Shown here: positions 42,048 to 56,600 of the stretch, one piece after another
Position numbering within the stretch: position 1 is the first letter of the stretch
Layout: each line of letters opens with the position of its first letter
Notes under the pieces: generated by a model
Seen by the model: the letters and a program-made list of their open reading frames with translations, nothing else
The model's database searches: none
Told to the model about the DNA's origin: nothing
Assembly: GCF_009914755.1 (NCBI RefSeq)
Contig: NC_060940.1
Direction: 5' to 3' (one strand)
Source of the DNA: the human T2T-CHM13v2.0 reference genome, Homo sapiens
DNA: 64,000 nt
Made by a program: the position numbers and the translations under genes

Positions 42048-45000
42048 GATGATTCCACTCGATTCCATTTGATGATTATTCCATTGGAGTCCACTTAGTG
42101 AATCCTTTAGATTCTACTCGAAGATGATTCCATTCGAGTCCATTCGATGATACCACTCAATTCCATTCGTTGATGCTTCCATTCAAGTGCATTCGATGAT
42201 ATCATTCGATTCCTTTTGATGATAATTCCATTTGATTCCATGCGATGATTCTATTCGATTCCATTCAATGATAATTCCATTCAATTCAGTGATTCCTCTG
42301 GACTCCATTTGATGATGATTCCATTCAATGATTCCATTCGATTCTATTCGAAAATGATTCCATTTGAATCCATTTGATGATGATTCCATTGGATTCCATT
42401 TGATGATTCCATTCGATTCCATTCGATGATGATTCCATTCGATTCCTTTTGATGATTCCATTCTATTGTATTCAATGATGATTCCATTCGATTCCATTCG
42501 ATGATGATTGGATTCGATTCCATTTGATGATTTCATTTGATTCCATTCGATAATGATTTCGATCAATTCCATTCGATGATTCCATTCGATTCCATTCGAT
42601 AATGATTACATCCGAGTCCATTCGATGATTCCATTTGAGCCCGTTCGATAATTCCATTTGAGTCCAATCAATGATTCCATTCATTTCCATTCAATGATTC
42701 CATTCGAGTCCATTTGATCATTCCGGTAGGGTCCGTTCGATGTTGATTCCATTGGAGTGCATTCGATGATTCCATTCGAGTCCATTTTAGGATTTGATTC
42801 GAGTCCTTTCGATGATTCCATTCGATTCCACTCGATGATTTCATTCGAGTCCATTCGACACTTCCAATCGATTCCATTTGATGTTTCCATTCGATTCCAA
42901 TTGATGATTCCATTCAATTCCATTCGATGATGATTCCGTACGATTCCATTCTGTGATGATTCCATGTGATTGCATTCAATGATGATTCCTTTCGATTGCA
43001 TTCGATTATGATTCATTTCGTGTTCATTCTATGGTTCCACAGGTTTCCATTCGATGATGTTTCCATTCGTGTCCATTCCATTATTCCATTCTATTCCATT
43101 TGAAGATGATTCCATTCGATTCCATTCATTGGTGATTCCACTCAATTCCATTCAATGATTCCATTCCATTTCTTTCAACAATGATTCCATTAGTTTCTAT
43201 TCGATGATCCACTTGATTCCATTTGACGATGATTCCATTCATGTCCATTCGATGATTCCATTTGATTCCATATGATGATGATTCCATTCGATTCCATACG
43301 ATGATGATTCCATTCGAGTCCATTCAATGGTGATTCCATTCAATTCCATTCGATGATTCCTTTCGATTCCATTCAATGATGATGGCATTCGATTCCTTTC
43401 GATCATTCCCTTTGATTCCATTCAAAGGTGATTTCATTCAAGTCCATTCGATAATTGCATTCGATTCCATTCTATGATGATTCCATTCGAGTCCATTTGA
43501 TGATTCCATTCAATTCAAGTCAATGATGATTCCATTCGATTCCACTCGATGATTCCATTGGATTCCATTCGATGATGATTCCATTCAAATCCATTCGATA
43601 ATTCAATTCAAGTCCATTCGATGATGATTCCAATCGAATCCATTCAAAGATTCCACTCAATTCCATTCGATGATGATTCCCTTAGATTCCATTCGATGAT
43701 TCCACTTGATTCCATTTACGATGATTCCATTCGATTCCATGTGATGATTCCATTCAATTCTATTCAATGATGTTTCCACTTGATTCCATTCGAACATGAT
43801 TGCCTTTGATTCCATTCAATGATTCCATACGGTTCCATTTGATGATGATTCCATTCGAGTGCATTAGATGATTCCATTCGAGTCCATTCGATGATTCCAT
43901 TCGATTCCATTCGATGTTGATTCTGTTCAAATCCATTCGATGATTCCACTCGATTCCATTCGATGACTCCATTTGATCCCATTCGATGATTTCCTTTGAT
44001 TCCCTTTGATGATCATTCCATTTGATTCAATTCGGTGATTTCATTTGATTCCATTCAGTGATGTTTCCATTCAACTCCTTTCGATGATGATTCCATTCGA
44101 CTCCATTCGATTATGATTTCATTCAATTCCATTCGATAATGATTCCCTTCAAGTCCATTCGATGATTCCATTCGATTCCATTCAACGATGATTTGATTCG
44201 TGTCCATTCGATGATTCCATTTGATTCCATTTGATGATGATTCCATTCGAGTCCCTTTGATGATTCCATTCAATTCCATTCTCTGATGATTTCTTTTGAG
44301 CCCATTCAATGCTTCCACTCGATTCCATATGATGATGACTCCATTTGATGAAATTCCATGATGATTCCATTCGCTTGCATTCGATGATGATTCCACTTGA
44401 GTCCGTTAGAAGATTCTATTCAATTACATTCCATGACGATTCTGTTCGAGTCCATTTGATGATTCCATTAGACTCCATTTGACGATGATTCCATTCGATG
44501 TTATTCGATGATGCTTCCATTCAACTCCATTCGATGTTTCCATTCGAGTTCATTCTATTATTCCATTAGATTCCATTCGATGATGATTCCATTCGATTCC
44601 ATTTGATGATTGCATTCTGTTTCATTTGATGATGATTCCATTCGAGTCCATTCGATGATTCCATTCGAGTCCATTTAATGTATCCATTGGTTTCAATTCT
44701 ATGATGATTACATTGGATTCCATTCGTTGATGATTTCATTCGATTCCATTCAATGATGATTCCATTCAATTCCATTCAATGATTCCATTCAATTCCATAC
44801 GATGATGATTCCATTTGATTTGATTCGACAGTGAGCCATTCGATTCAATTCCATGATGATTCTATTTGATTCAATTGGTTGACATTTCCATTCGATTCCA
44901 TTCGATGATGATTCCATTTGATTCCATTCAAAGATGATTCCATTCTAGCCCATTCAATCATTCCATTCGATTCTATTCAATGATGATTCCATTCATGTCG

Positions 45001-47468
45001 ATTTGGTGATTCCATTTGACTTCATTTGATGATGATTCCTTTCAAGTTCATTAGATGATTCCATTCGATTCCATTTGATGATGATCCCATTCCAGTCCAT
45101 TCAGTGATTCCACTCGTTTCCATTCCATGATGATTCCATTCCATTCCATTCAATGACTCCATTCGATTCCGTTTGATGATGATTTCATTCGAGTCCATTT
45201 GATGATTCCATTTGATTCCATTCGATGATGATTACATTCGAGTCCATACGATGATTCCACTCAATTCCATATCATGATGATTCCATTCGATTCCATTCGA
45301 TGATTCCATTCTATTCTATTCAATGGTGATTCCATTCGAGTACATTAGATGATTCCATTCGATTCCATTCAATGATGATTCTATTTGTGTCCCTTAGATG
45401 GTTCCACATGATTCCATTTCATGATGATACTATTTGAGCCCATCCAATGATTCCCTTCGTATCCATTCGATGAGGATTCCATTCGATTCAATTCATTGGT
45501 GATTCTATTCAATTCAATTCTTTGATTCCATTCCATTCCATTCGACAATGATTCCATTCGATTTCTTTCGATGATTCCACTCGATTCCACTTGACATTGA
45601 TTCCATTCGATTCCATTCAATGATTCCGTTTGATTCCAGTGGATGATGATTGCCATCGATTCCATTCGATCACTCCATTCTATTCCATTTGATGATGATT
45701 ACATTCGATTCCATTTGATGATTCCATCTGATTCTATTCGAGGATTCCATTTGATTCCATTCGATGATGATTCCATTCGAGTGCATTCGATGATTTCATT
45801 CGAGTACATCCAATGATTCCATTCGAGTCCATTTGATGATTCCTTTTAATTCCATTTGATTATGATTCTACTAGAGTCCATTCAATGACTCCATTCGAAT
45901 CCATTCAACAATTCCATTCGAGGCCATTCGATGATTCCATTTCATGATTCCATTCGAGTCCATTTAATCATTACAGTCGAGTCCATTTGGTGATTCCACT
46001 GGATTTCTTTTGATAATGATACCATTCAATTACATTTGATGATGATCCCATTCAATTTCATTTGATGGTGATTCCATTAGAGTCCATTCGATGATTTCAT
46101 TCGAGTCCCTTCATTGATTCCATCCGATTTCATTTGATGATGACTCCATTCGAGTCCATTCGATGATTCCACTCGATTCCATCAGATGGTTCCATTGGAG
46201 TCCATTTGATTGTTCCATTCGATTCTATTCGATTCCTTTCGAAGATTATTCCATTTGAGTCCATTCGATGATGATTCCATTCCATTCCATTCGATGATTC
46301 CGTTTGATTCCATTCGATGATTCCCTTCGATTCCTTTCTTTGATGATTCCATTCCATTCCATTCAATGATTCCATTCGAATCTATTCCATGATGATTCCT
46401 TTCGATTCCATTCGCTGATGTTTCCGTTCAATTCCATTCGATGATGATTCCATTCGATTCCATTCATTGAGGATTCCATTTGATTCCATTCAATGATGAT
46501 TCCGTTCTATTCCATTCAATGATTGCATTCAATTCCATTCAATGATTATCCCCTTAGAGTAAACTCAACGATTCCATTCAATACCATTCGATGATGATTC
46601 CTTTTGAGTCCATTCAATGATTTCATTCAAGTCCATTTGATGATTCCTTTCAATTCCATTCTATGATGATTCCATTCGAGTCCATTCGATGATTCCATTC
46701 GATTGCATTCGATGATTCCATTATATTCCATTCAACAATGATTCCATTCGAGTCCATTCGATGATTCCATTAGAGTACATTTAATGATTGCTTTGTTTTC
46801 AATTCGAAGATGATTACATTGGATTCCATTCTATGATACCATTCGATTCCATTCAATGATGATTCCACTCAAATCCATTGGATGATTCCATTCGTGTCCA
46901 TTCGGTGATTTCATTAGATTCCATTCGAGGATGATTCCATTCGATTCCATTCGATGATTCCATTCAATTCCATTCGATGATGATTCCATTCCAGTCCATA
47001 TGATCATTCCATTTGATTTCATTCGATGGATGATTCCATTCGATTCCATTCGATGATTCCATTCTATTCCATTCGATGATGATTCCATTCGAGTCCATTC
47101 GATGATTCCATTCGAGTCCATTTAATGATTCCATTGGGTTCAATTCAATGATGATTACATTGGATTCCGTTCTATGATTCCATTCAATTCCGTTCATTGA
47201 CAATTTGATTCCATTCGATGATGATTCCATTTGAGTTCATTCGATGATTCTATTCGATTCTCTTCGATGGTGATTCAATTCTATTATATTGGATGATTCC
47301 ATTCGATTCCATTTGATGTTTATTCAATTCGATTCTATTCGATGATGATTCCATTGGATTTCACTTGATGATTCTATTCGATTCCATTCAATGATGATTC
47401 ACTTCTCGTCCATTGGATGATTCCATTTCATTCCATTCGATGATGATTCCATTCGATTCCATTCGATG
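42048..47468 (+). repeat. Partial, multiply deleted HOR unit 8 (unit positions ~435-6112, net -258 bp)
   Basis: Offset to unit 1 shifts from 41614 to 41356; the visible indels -3, +16, +3, -72, -23, -170, -10, +1 sum to -258. Confidence 0.87.
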
Positions 47469-50400
47469 ATTCCATTTGATTCCATGCGTCGGTGAGCAAT
47501 TCGATTCAATTCCATGATGATTCTATTTGATTCAATTAGATGATGTTTCCATTCGAATCCATTCCATGATTATTCCATTGGAATCCATTCGGCGATGATT
47601 CCATATGAGTCAATTCAATGATGATTCCATATGGGTCCGTTTGATGATAATTCCATTTGATTTCATTCGGTGCTTCTATTCAATTCCAGTCGATGATGAT
47701 TCCGCTGGAGTCCATACGATGATTCCATTTGATTTCATTTGATGATGATTCCATTCGATGATGATTACATTGGATTCCATTCTATGATTCCATTCAATTC
47801 CATTCGTTGATGATTCGATTCCATTCAATGATGATTCCATTTGAGTTCATTCGATGATTCTATTCGATTCCGTTCGATGGTGATTCAATTCTCTTATATT
47901 GGATGAATCCACTCGATTCCATTTGATGATTATTCCATTGGAGTCCACTTAGTGAATCCTTCAGATTCTACTCGAAGATGATTCCATTCCAGTCCATTCG
48001 ATGATACCATTCAATTCCATTCGTTGATGCTTCCATTCAAGTGCATTCGATGATATCATTCGATTCCATTTGATGATAATTCCATTTGATTCCATGCGAT
48101 GATTCTATTCGATTCCATTCAATGATAATTCCATTCAGTTCAGTGATTCCTCTGGATTCTATTTGATGATGATTCCATTCAATGATTCCATTCGATTCTA
48201 TTCGAAAATGTTTCCATTTGAATCCATTTGATGATGATTCCATTAGATTCCATTTGATGATTCCATTCGATTCCATGCGACGATGATTCCATTCGATTCC
48301 ATTTGATGATTCCATTCTATTCTATTCGATGATGATTCCATTCGATTCCATTCGATGATGATTGGATTTGATTCCATTTGATGATTTCATTTGATTCCAT
48401 TCGTTAATGATTTCGATCAATTCCATTCGATGATTCCATTCGATTCCATTCGATGATGATTGGATTTGATTCCATTTGATGATTTCATTTGATTCCATTC
48501 GTTAATGATTTTGATCAATTCCATTCGATGATTCCATTCGATTCCATTCGATAATGATTACATCCGAGTCCATTCGATGATTCCATTTGAGCCTGTTCGA
48601 TAATTCCTTTTGAGTCCAACCAATGATTCCATTCATTTCCATTCAATGATTCCATTCGAGTCCATTTGATCATTCCAGTAGGGTCCATTCGATGTTGATT
48701 CCATTGGAGTGCATTCGATGATTCCATTCGAGTCCATTTTAGGATTTGATTCGAGTCCTTTCGATGATTCCATTCGATTCCACTCGATGATGATTTCATT
48801 CGAGTCCATTCGACACTTCCAATCGATTCCATTTGATGTTTCCATTCGAGTCCAATTGATGATTCCATTCAATTCCATTCGATGATGATTCCGTACGATT
48901 CCATTCTGTGATGATTCCATGTGATTGCATTCAATGATGATTCCTTTAGATTGCATTCGATTGTGATTCATTTCGTCTTCATTCTATGGTTCCACAGGTT
49001 TCCATTCGTGTCCATTCCATTATTCCATTCTATTCCATTTGATGATGATTCCATTCGATTCCATTCATTGGTGATTCCACTCAATTCCATTCAATGATTC
49101 CATTCCATTTCTTTCAACAATGATTCCATTAGTTTCTATTCGGTGATCCACTTGATTCCATTTGACGACGATTCCATTCGTGTCCATTCGATGATTCCAT
49201 TTGATTCCATATGATGATGATTCCATTCGATTCCATACGATGATGATTCCATTCGAGTCCATTCAATGGTGATTCCATTCAATTCCATTCGATGATTCCT
49301 TTCGATTCCATTCGATGATGATGGCATTCGATTCCTTTCAATCATTCCCTTTGATTCCATTCAAAGGTGATTTCATTCAAGTCCATTCGATAATTGCATT
49401 CGATTCCATTCTATGATGATTCCATTCGAGTCCATTTGATGATTCCATTCAATTCAAGTCAATGATGATTCCATTCGATTCCATTCGATGATTCCATTGG
49501 ATTCCATTCGATGATGATTCCATTCAAATCCATTCGATAATTCAATTCAAGTCCATTCGATGATGATTAAAATCGAATCCATTCAAAGATTCCATTCAGT
49601 TCCATTCGATGATTCCCTTAGATTCCATTCGATGATTCCACTTGATTTCATTTACGATGATTCCATTCGATTCCATGTGATGATTCCATTCAATTCTATT
49701 CAATGCTGTTTCCATTTCTTTCCATTCGACCATGATTGCCTTTGATTCCATTCAATGACTCCATTCGGTTCCTTTTGATGATGATTCCGTTCGATTCCAT
49801 TTCATTATTCCATTTGATTCCATTGGATGAGTCCATTCGATTACATTCGATGATTATTCCATTCGAGTGCATTAGATGATTCCATTCGAGTCCATTCGAT
49901 GATTCCATTCGATTCCATTCGATGTTGATTCTGTTCAAATCCATTCGATGATTCCACTCGATTCCATTCGATGACTCCAGTTGATCCCATTCGATGATTT
50001 CCTTTGATTCCCTTTGATGATCATTCCATTTGATTCAATTCGGTGATTTCATTTGATTCCATTCAGTGATGTTTCCATTCGACTCCATTCGATGATGATT
50101 CCATTCGACTCCATTCGATTATGATTTCATTCAATTCCATTCGATAATGATTCCCTTCGAGTCCATTCGATGATTCCATTCGATTCCATTCAACGATGAT
50201 TTGATTCGTGTCCATTCGATGATTCCATTTGATTCCACTTGATGATGATTCCATTCGAGTCCATTTGATGATTCCATTCAATTCCATTCTCCGATGATTT
50301 CTTTTGAGCCCATTCAATGCTTCCACTCGATTCCATATGATGATGACTCCATTCGATGAAATTCGATGATGATTCCATTCGTTTGCATTCGATGATGATT

Positions 50401-53400
50401 CCACTTGAGTCCATTAGAAGATTCTATTCAATTACATTCCATGACGATTCCGTTCGAGTCCATTTGATGATTCCATTAGACTCCATTCGACGATGATTCC
50501 ATTCGATGTTATTCGATGATTCCATTCGATCTCATTCGATGATGATTCCATTCAACTCCATTCGATGTTTCCATTCGAGTTCATTCTATTATTCCATTAG
50601 ATTCCATTCGATGATGATTCCATTCGATTCCATTTGATGATTGCATTCTATTTCATTTGATGTTGATTCCATTCGAGTCCACTCGATGATTCCATTCGAG
50701 TCCATTTAATGAATCCATTGGTTTCAATTCTATGATGATTACATTGGATTCCATTCGTTGATGATTTCATTCGGTTCCATTCAATGATGATTCCATTCAA
50801 TTCCTTTCAATGTTTCCATTCAATTCCATACGATGATGATTCCATTTGATTTGATTCGACAGTGAGCCATTCGATTCAATTCCATGATGATTCTATTTGA
50901 TTCCATTTGTTGACATTTCCATTCGATTCCATTCGATGATGATTCCCTTTGATTCCATTCAAAGATGATTCCATTCTAGCCCATTCAATCATTCCATTCG
51001 AATCTATTCAATGATGATTCCATTCATGTCGATTTGGTGATTCCATTTGACTTCATTTGATGATGATTCCTTTCAAGTTCATTAGATGATTCCATTCGAT
51101 TCCATTTGATGATGATCCCATTCGAGTCCATTCAGTGATTCCACTCGTTTCCATTCCATGATGATTCCATTCCATTCCATGCAATGATTCCATTCGATTC
51201 CGTTTGATGATGATTTCATTCGAGTCCATTTGATGATTCCATTTGATTCCATTCGATGATGATTCCATTCGAGTCCATTCGATGATTCTATTCGAATCCA
51301 TTTGATGATTTCTTTTGATTATAGTTGGTGATGATTCCATTGGAGTCCATTCAATGATTCCATTCGATTCCAATCGATGGTGATTCCATTAGAGTCCATT
51401 TAATGATTCCATTTGATTCCAGTCTCTGATGATTACATTCGAGTCCATACGATGATTCCACTCAATTCCATATGATGATGATTCCATTCGATTCCATTCG
51501 ATGATTCCATTCTATTCTATTCAATGGTGATTCCATTCGAGTACATTAGATGATTCCATTCGATTCCATTCAATGATGATTCTATTTGTGTCCCTTAGAT
51601 GATTCCACATGATTCCATTAGATGATGATACTATTTGAGCCCATCCAATGATTCCCTTCGATTCCATTCGATGAGGATTCCATTCGATTCAATTCATTGG
51701 TGATTCTATTCAATTCAATTCTTTGATTCCATTCCATTCCATTCCACAATGATTCCATTCGATTTCTTTCGATGATTCCACTCGATTCCACTTGACATTG
51801 ATTCCCTTCGATTCCATTCAATGATTCCATTTGATTCCAGTGGATGATGATTGCCATCGATTCCATTTGATCACTCCATTCTATTCCACTTGATGATGAT
51901 TACATTCGATTCCATTTGACGATTCCATCTGATTCTATTCGAGGATTCCATTTGATTCCATTCGATGATGATTCCATTCGAGTCCATTCGATGATATCAT
52001 TCGAATACATCCAATGATTCCATTCGAGTCCATTTGATGATTCCATTTGATTCCATTTGATAATGATTCTACTAGAGTCCATTCAATGACTCCATTGGAG
52101 TCCATTCAACAATTCCATTCGACTCCATTTGATGATTCCATTGGATTCCATTTGATGATTCCATTCGAGTCCATTTAATCATTACAGTCGAGTCCATTTG
52201 GTGATTCCACCGGATTTCTTTTGATAATGATACCATTCAATTACATTTGATGATGATCCCATTCAATTTCATTTGATGATGATTCCATTAGAGTCCATTC
52301 GATGATTTCATTCGAGTCCCTTCATTGATTCCATCCGATTTCATTGGATGATGACTCCATTCGAGTCCATTCGATGATTCCACTCGATTCCATTAGATGA
52401 TTCCATTGGAGTCCATTTCATTGTTCCATTCGATTCCATTCGATTCCTTTCGAAGATTATTCCATTTGAGTCCATTCGATGATGATTCCATTCCATTCCA
52501 TTCGATGATTCCGTTTGATTCCATTCGATGATTCCCTTCGATTCCTTTCTTTGATGATTCCATTCCATTCCATTCAATGATTCCATTCGAATCTATTCCA
52601 TGATGATTCCTTTCGATTCCATTCGCTGATGTTTCCGTTCAATTCCATTCGATGATGATTCCATTCGATTCCATTCATTGAGGATTCCATTTGATTCCAT
52701 TCAATGATGATTCCGTTCTATTCCATTCAATGATTGCATTCAATTCCATTCAGTGATTATCCCCTTAGAGTAAACTCAACGATTCCATTCAATACCATTC
52801 GATGATGATTCCTTTTGAGTCCATTCAATGATTTCATTCAAGTCCATTTGATGATTCCTTTGAATTCCATTCTATGATGATTCCATTCGAGTCCATTCGA
52901 TGATTCCATTCGATTGCATTCGATGATTCCATTATATTCCAGTCAACGATGATTCCATTCGAGTCCATTCGATGATTCCATTAGAGTACATTTAATGATT
53001 GCTTTGTTTTCAATTCGAAGATGATTACATTGGATTCCATTCTATGATACCATTCGATTCCATTCAATGATGATTCCACTCAAATCCATTGGATGATTCC
53101 ATTCGTGTCCATTCGGTGATTTCATTAGATTCCATTCGAGGATGATTCCATTCGATTCCATTCGATGATTCCATTCAATTCCATTCGAGGATGATTCCAT
53201 TCCAGTCCATATGATCATTCCATTTGATTTCATTCGATGATGATTCCATTCGATTCCATTCGATGATTCCATTCTATTCCATTCGATGATGATTCCATTC
53301 GAGTCCATTCGATGATTCCATTCGAGTCCATTTAATGATTCCATTGGGTTCAATTCAATGATGATTACATTGGATTCCGTTCTATGATTCCATTCAATTC

Positions 53401-53678
53401 CGTTCATTGACAATTTGATTCCATTCGATGATGATTCCATTTGAGTTCATTCGATGATTCTATTCGATTCTCTTCGATGGTGATTCAATTCTATTATATT
53501 GGATGATTCCATTCGATTCCATTTGATGTTGATTCAATTCGATTCTATTCGATGATGATTCCATTGGATTTCACTTGATGATTCTATTCGATTCCATTCA
53601 ATGATGATTCACTTCTCGTCCATTGGATGATTCCATTTCATTCCATTCGATGATGATTCCATTCGATTCCATTCGATG
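47469..53678 (+). repeat. HOR unit 9 (6210 bp = 6112 + 98-bp tandem duplication), second clade
   Basis: Landmark variant GCGTCGGTGAG at 47486 and 53696; ATTGGATTTGATTCC at 48361 and 48459. Confidence 0.9.
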
Positions 53679-56600
53679 ATTCCATTTGATTCCATGCGTC
53701 GGTGAGCAATTCGATTCAATTCCATGATGATTCTATTTGATTCAATTAGATGATGTTTCCATTCGAATCCATTCCATGATTATTCCATTGGAATCCATTC
53801 GGCGATGATTCCATATGAGTCAATTCAATGATGATTCCATATGGGTCCGTTCGATGATAATTCCATTTGATTTCATTCGGTGCTTCTATTCAATTCCAGT
53901 CGATGATGATTCCGTTGGAGTCCATACGATGATTCCATTTGATTTCATTTGATGATGATTCCATTCGATGATGATTACATTGGATTCCATTCTATGATTC
54001 CATTCAATTCCATTCGTTGATGATTCGATTCCATTAAATGATGATTCCTTTTGAGTTCATTCGATGATTCTATTCGATTCCGTTCGATGGTGATTCAATT
54101 CTCTTATATTGGATGAATCCACTCGATTCCATTTGATGATTATTCCATTGGAGTCCACTTAGTGAATCCTTCAGATTCTACTCGAAGATGATTCCATTCA
54201 AGTCCATTCGATGATACCATTCAATTCCATTCGTTGATGCTTCCATTCAAGTGCATTCGATGATATCATTCGATTCCATTTGATGATAATTCCATTTGAT
54301 TCCATGCGATGATTCTATTCGATTCCATTCAATGATAATTCCATTCAGTTCAGTGATTCCTCTGGACTCCATTTGATGATGATTCCATTCAATGATTCCA
54401 TTCGATTCTATTCGAAAATGATTCCATTTGAATCCATTTGATGATGATTCCATTAGATTCCATTTGATGATTCCATTCGATTCCATGTGACGATGATTCC
54501 ATTCGATTCCATGTGATGATTCCATTCTATTCTATTCGATGATGATTCCATTCGATTCCATTCGATGATGATTGGATTCGATTCCATTTGATGATTTCAT
54601 TTGATTCCATTCGTTAATGATTTCGATCAATTCCATTCGATGATTCCATTCGATTCCATTCGATAATGATTACATCCGTGTCCATTCAGTGATTCCATTT
54701 GAGCCTGTTCGATAATTCCATTTGAGTCCAACCAATGATTCCATTCATTTCCCTTCCATGATTCCATTCGAGTCCATTTGATCATTCCGGTAGGGTCCAT
54801 TCGATGTTGATTCCATTGGAGTGCATTCGATGATTCCATTCGAGTCCATTTTATGATTTGATTCGAGTTCTTTCGATGATTCCATTCGATTCCACTCGAT
54901 GATGATTTCATTCGAGTCCATTCGACACTTCCAATCGATTCCATTTGATGTTTCCATTCGAGTCCAATTGATGATTCCATTCAATTCCATTCGATGATGA
55001 TTCCGTACGATTCCATTCTGTGATGATTCCATGTGATTGCATTCAATGATGATTCCTTTAGACTGCATTCGATTGTGATTCATTTCGTCTTCATTCTATG
55101 GTTCCACAGGTTTCCATTCGTGTCCATTCCATTATTCCATTCTATTCCATTTGATGATGATTCCATTCGATTCCATTCATTGGTGATTCCACTCAATTCC
55201 ATTCAATGATTCCATTCCATTTCTTTCAACAATGATTCCATTAGTTTCTAATCGATGATCCACTTGATTCCATTTGACGACGATTCCATTCTTGTCCATT
55301 CGATGATTCCATTTGATTCCATATGATGATGATTCCATTCGATTCCATACGATGATGATTCCATTCGAGTCCATTCAATGGTGATTCCATTCAATTCCAT
55401 TCGATGATTCCTTTCGATTCCATTCGATGATGATGGCATTCGATTCCTTTCAATCATTCCCTTTGATTCCATTCAAAGGTGATTTCATTCAAGTCCATTC
55501 GATAATTGCATTCGATTCCATTCTATGATGATTCCATTCGAGTCCATTTGATGATTCCATTCAATTCAAGTCAATGATGATTCCATTCGATTCCATTCGA
55601 TGATTCCATTGGATTCCATTCGATGATGATTCCATTCAAATCCATTCGATAATTCAATTCAAGTCCATTCGATGATGATTAAAATCGAATCCATTCAAAG
55701 ATTCCATTCAGTTCCATTCGATGATTCCCTTAGATTCCATTCGATGATTCCACTTGATTTCATTTACGATGATTCCATTCGATTCCATGTGATGATTCCA
55801 TTCAATTCTATTCAATGCTGTTTCCATTTCTTTCCATTCGACCATGATTGCCTTTGATTCCATTCAATGACTCCATTCGGTTCCTTTTGATGATGATTCC
55901 GTTCGATTCCATTTCATTATTCCATTTGATTCCATTGGATGAGTCCATTCGATTACATTCGATGATTATTCCATTCGAGTGCATTAGATGATTCCATTCG
56001 AGTCCATTCGATGATTCCATTCGATTCCATTCGATGTTGATTCTGTTCAAATCCATTCGATGATTCCACTCGATTCCATTCGATGACTCCAGTTGATCCC
56101 ATTCGATGATTTCCTTTGATTCCCTTTGATGATCATTCCATTTGATTCAATTCGGTGATTTCATTTGATTCCATTCAGTGATGTTTCCATTCGACTCCAT
56201 TCGATGATGATTCCATTCGACTCCATTCGATGATGATTCCATTCGACTCCATTCGATTATGATTTCATTCAATTCCATTCGATAATGATTCCCTTCGAGT
56301 CCATTCGATGATTCCATTCGATTCCATTCAACGATGATTTGATTCGTGTCCATTCGATGATTCCATTTGATTCCACTTGATGATGATTCCATTCGAGTCC
56401 ATTTGATGATTCCATTCAATTCCATTCTCCGATGATTTCTTTTGAGCCCACTCAATGCTTCCACTCGATTCCATATGATGATGACTCCATTCGATGAAAT
56501 TCGATGATGATTCCATTCGCTTGCATTCGATGATGATTCCACTTGAGTCCATTAGAAGATTCTATTCAATTACATTCCATGACGATTCCGTTCGAGTCCA

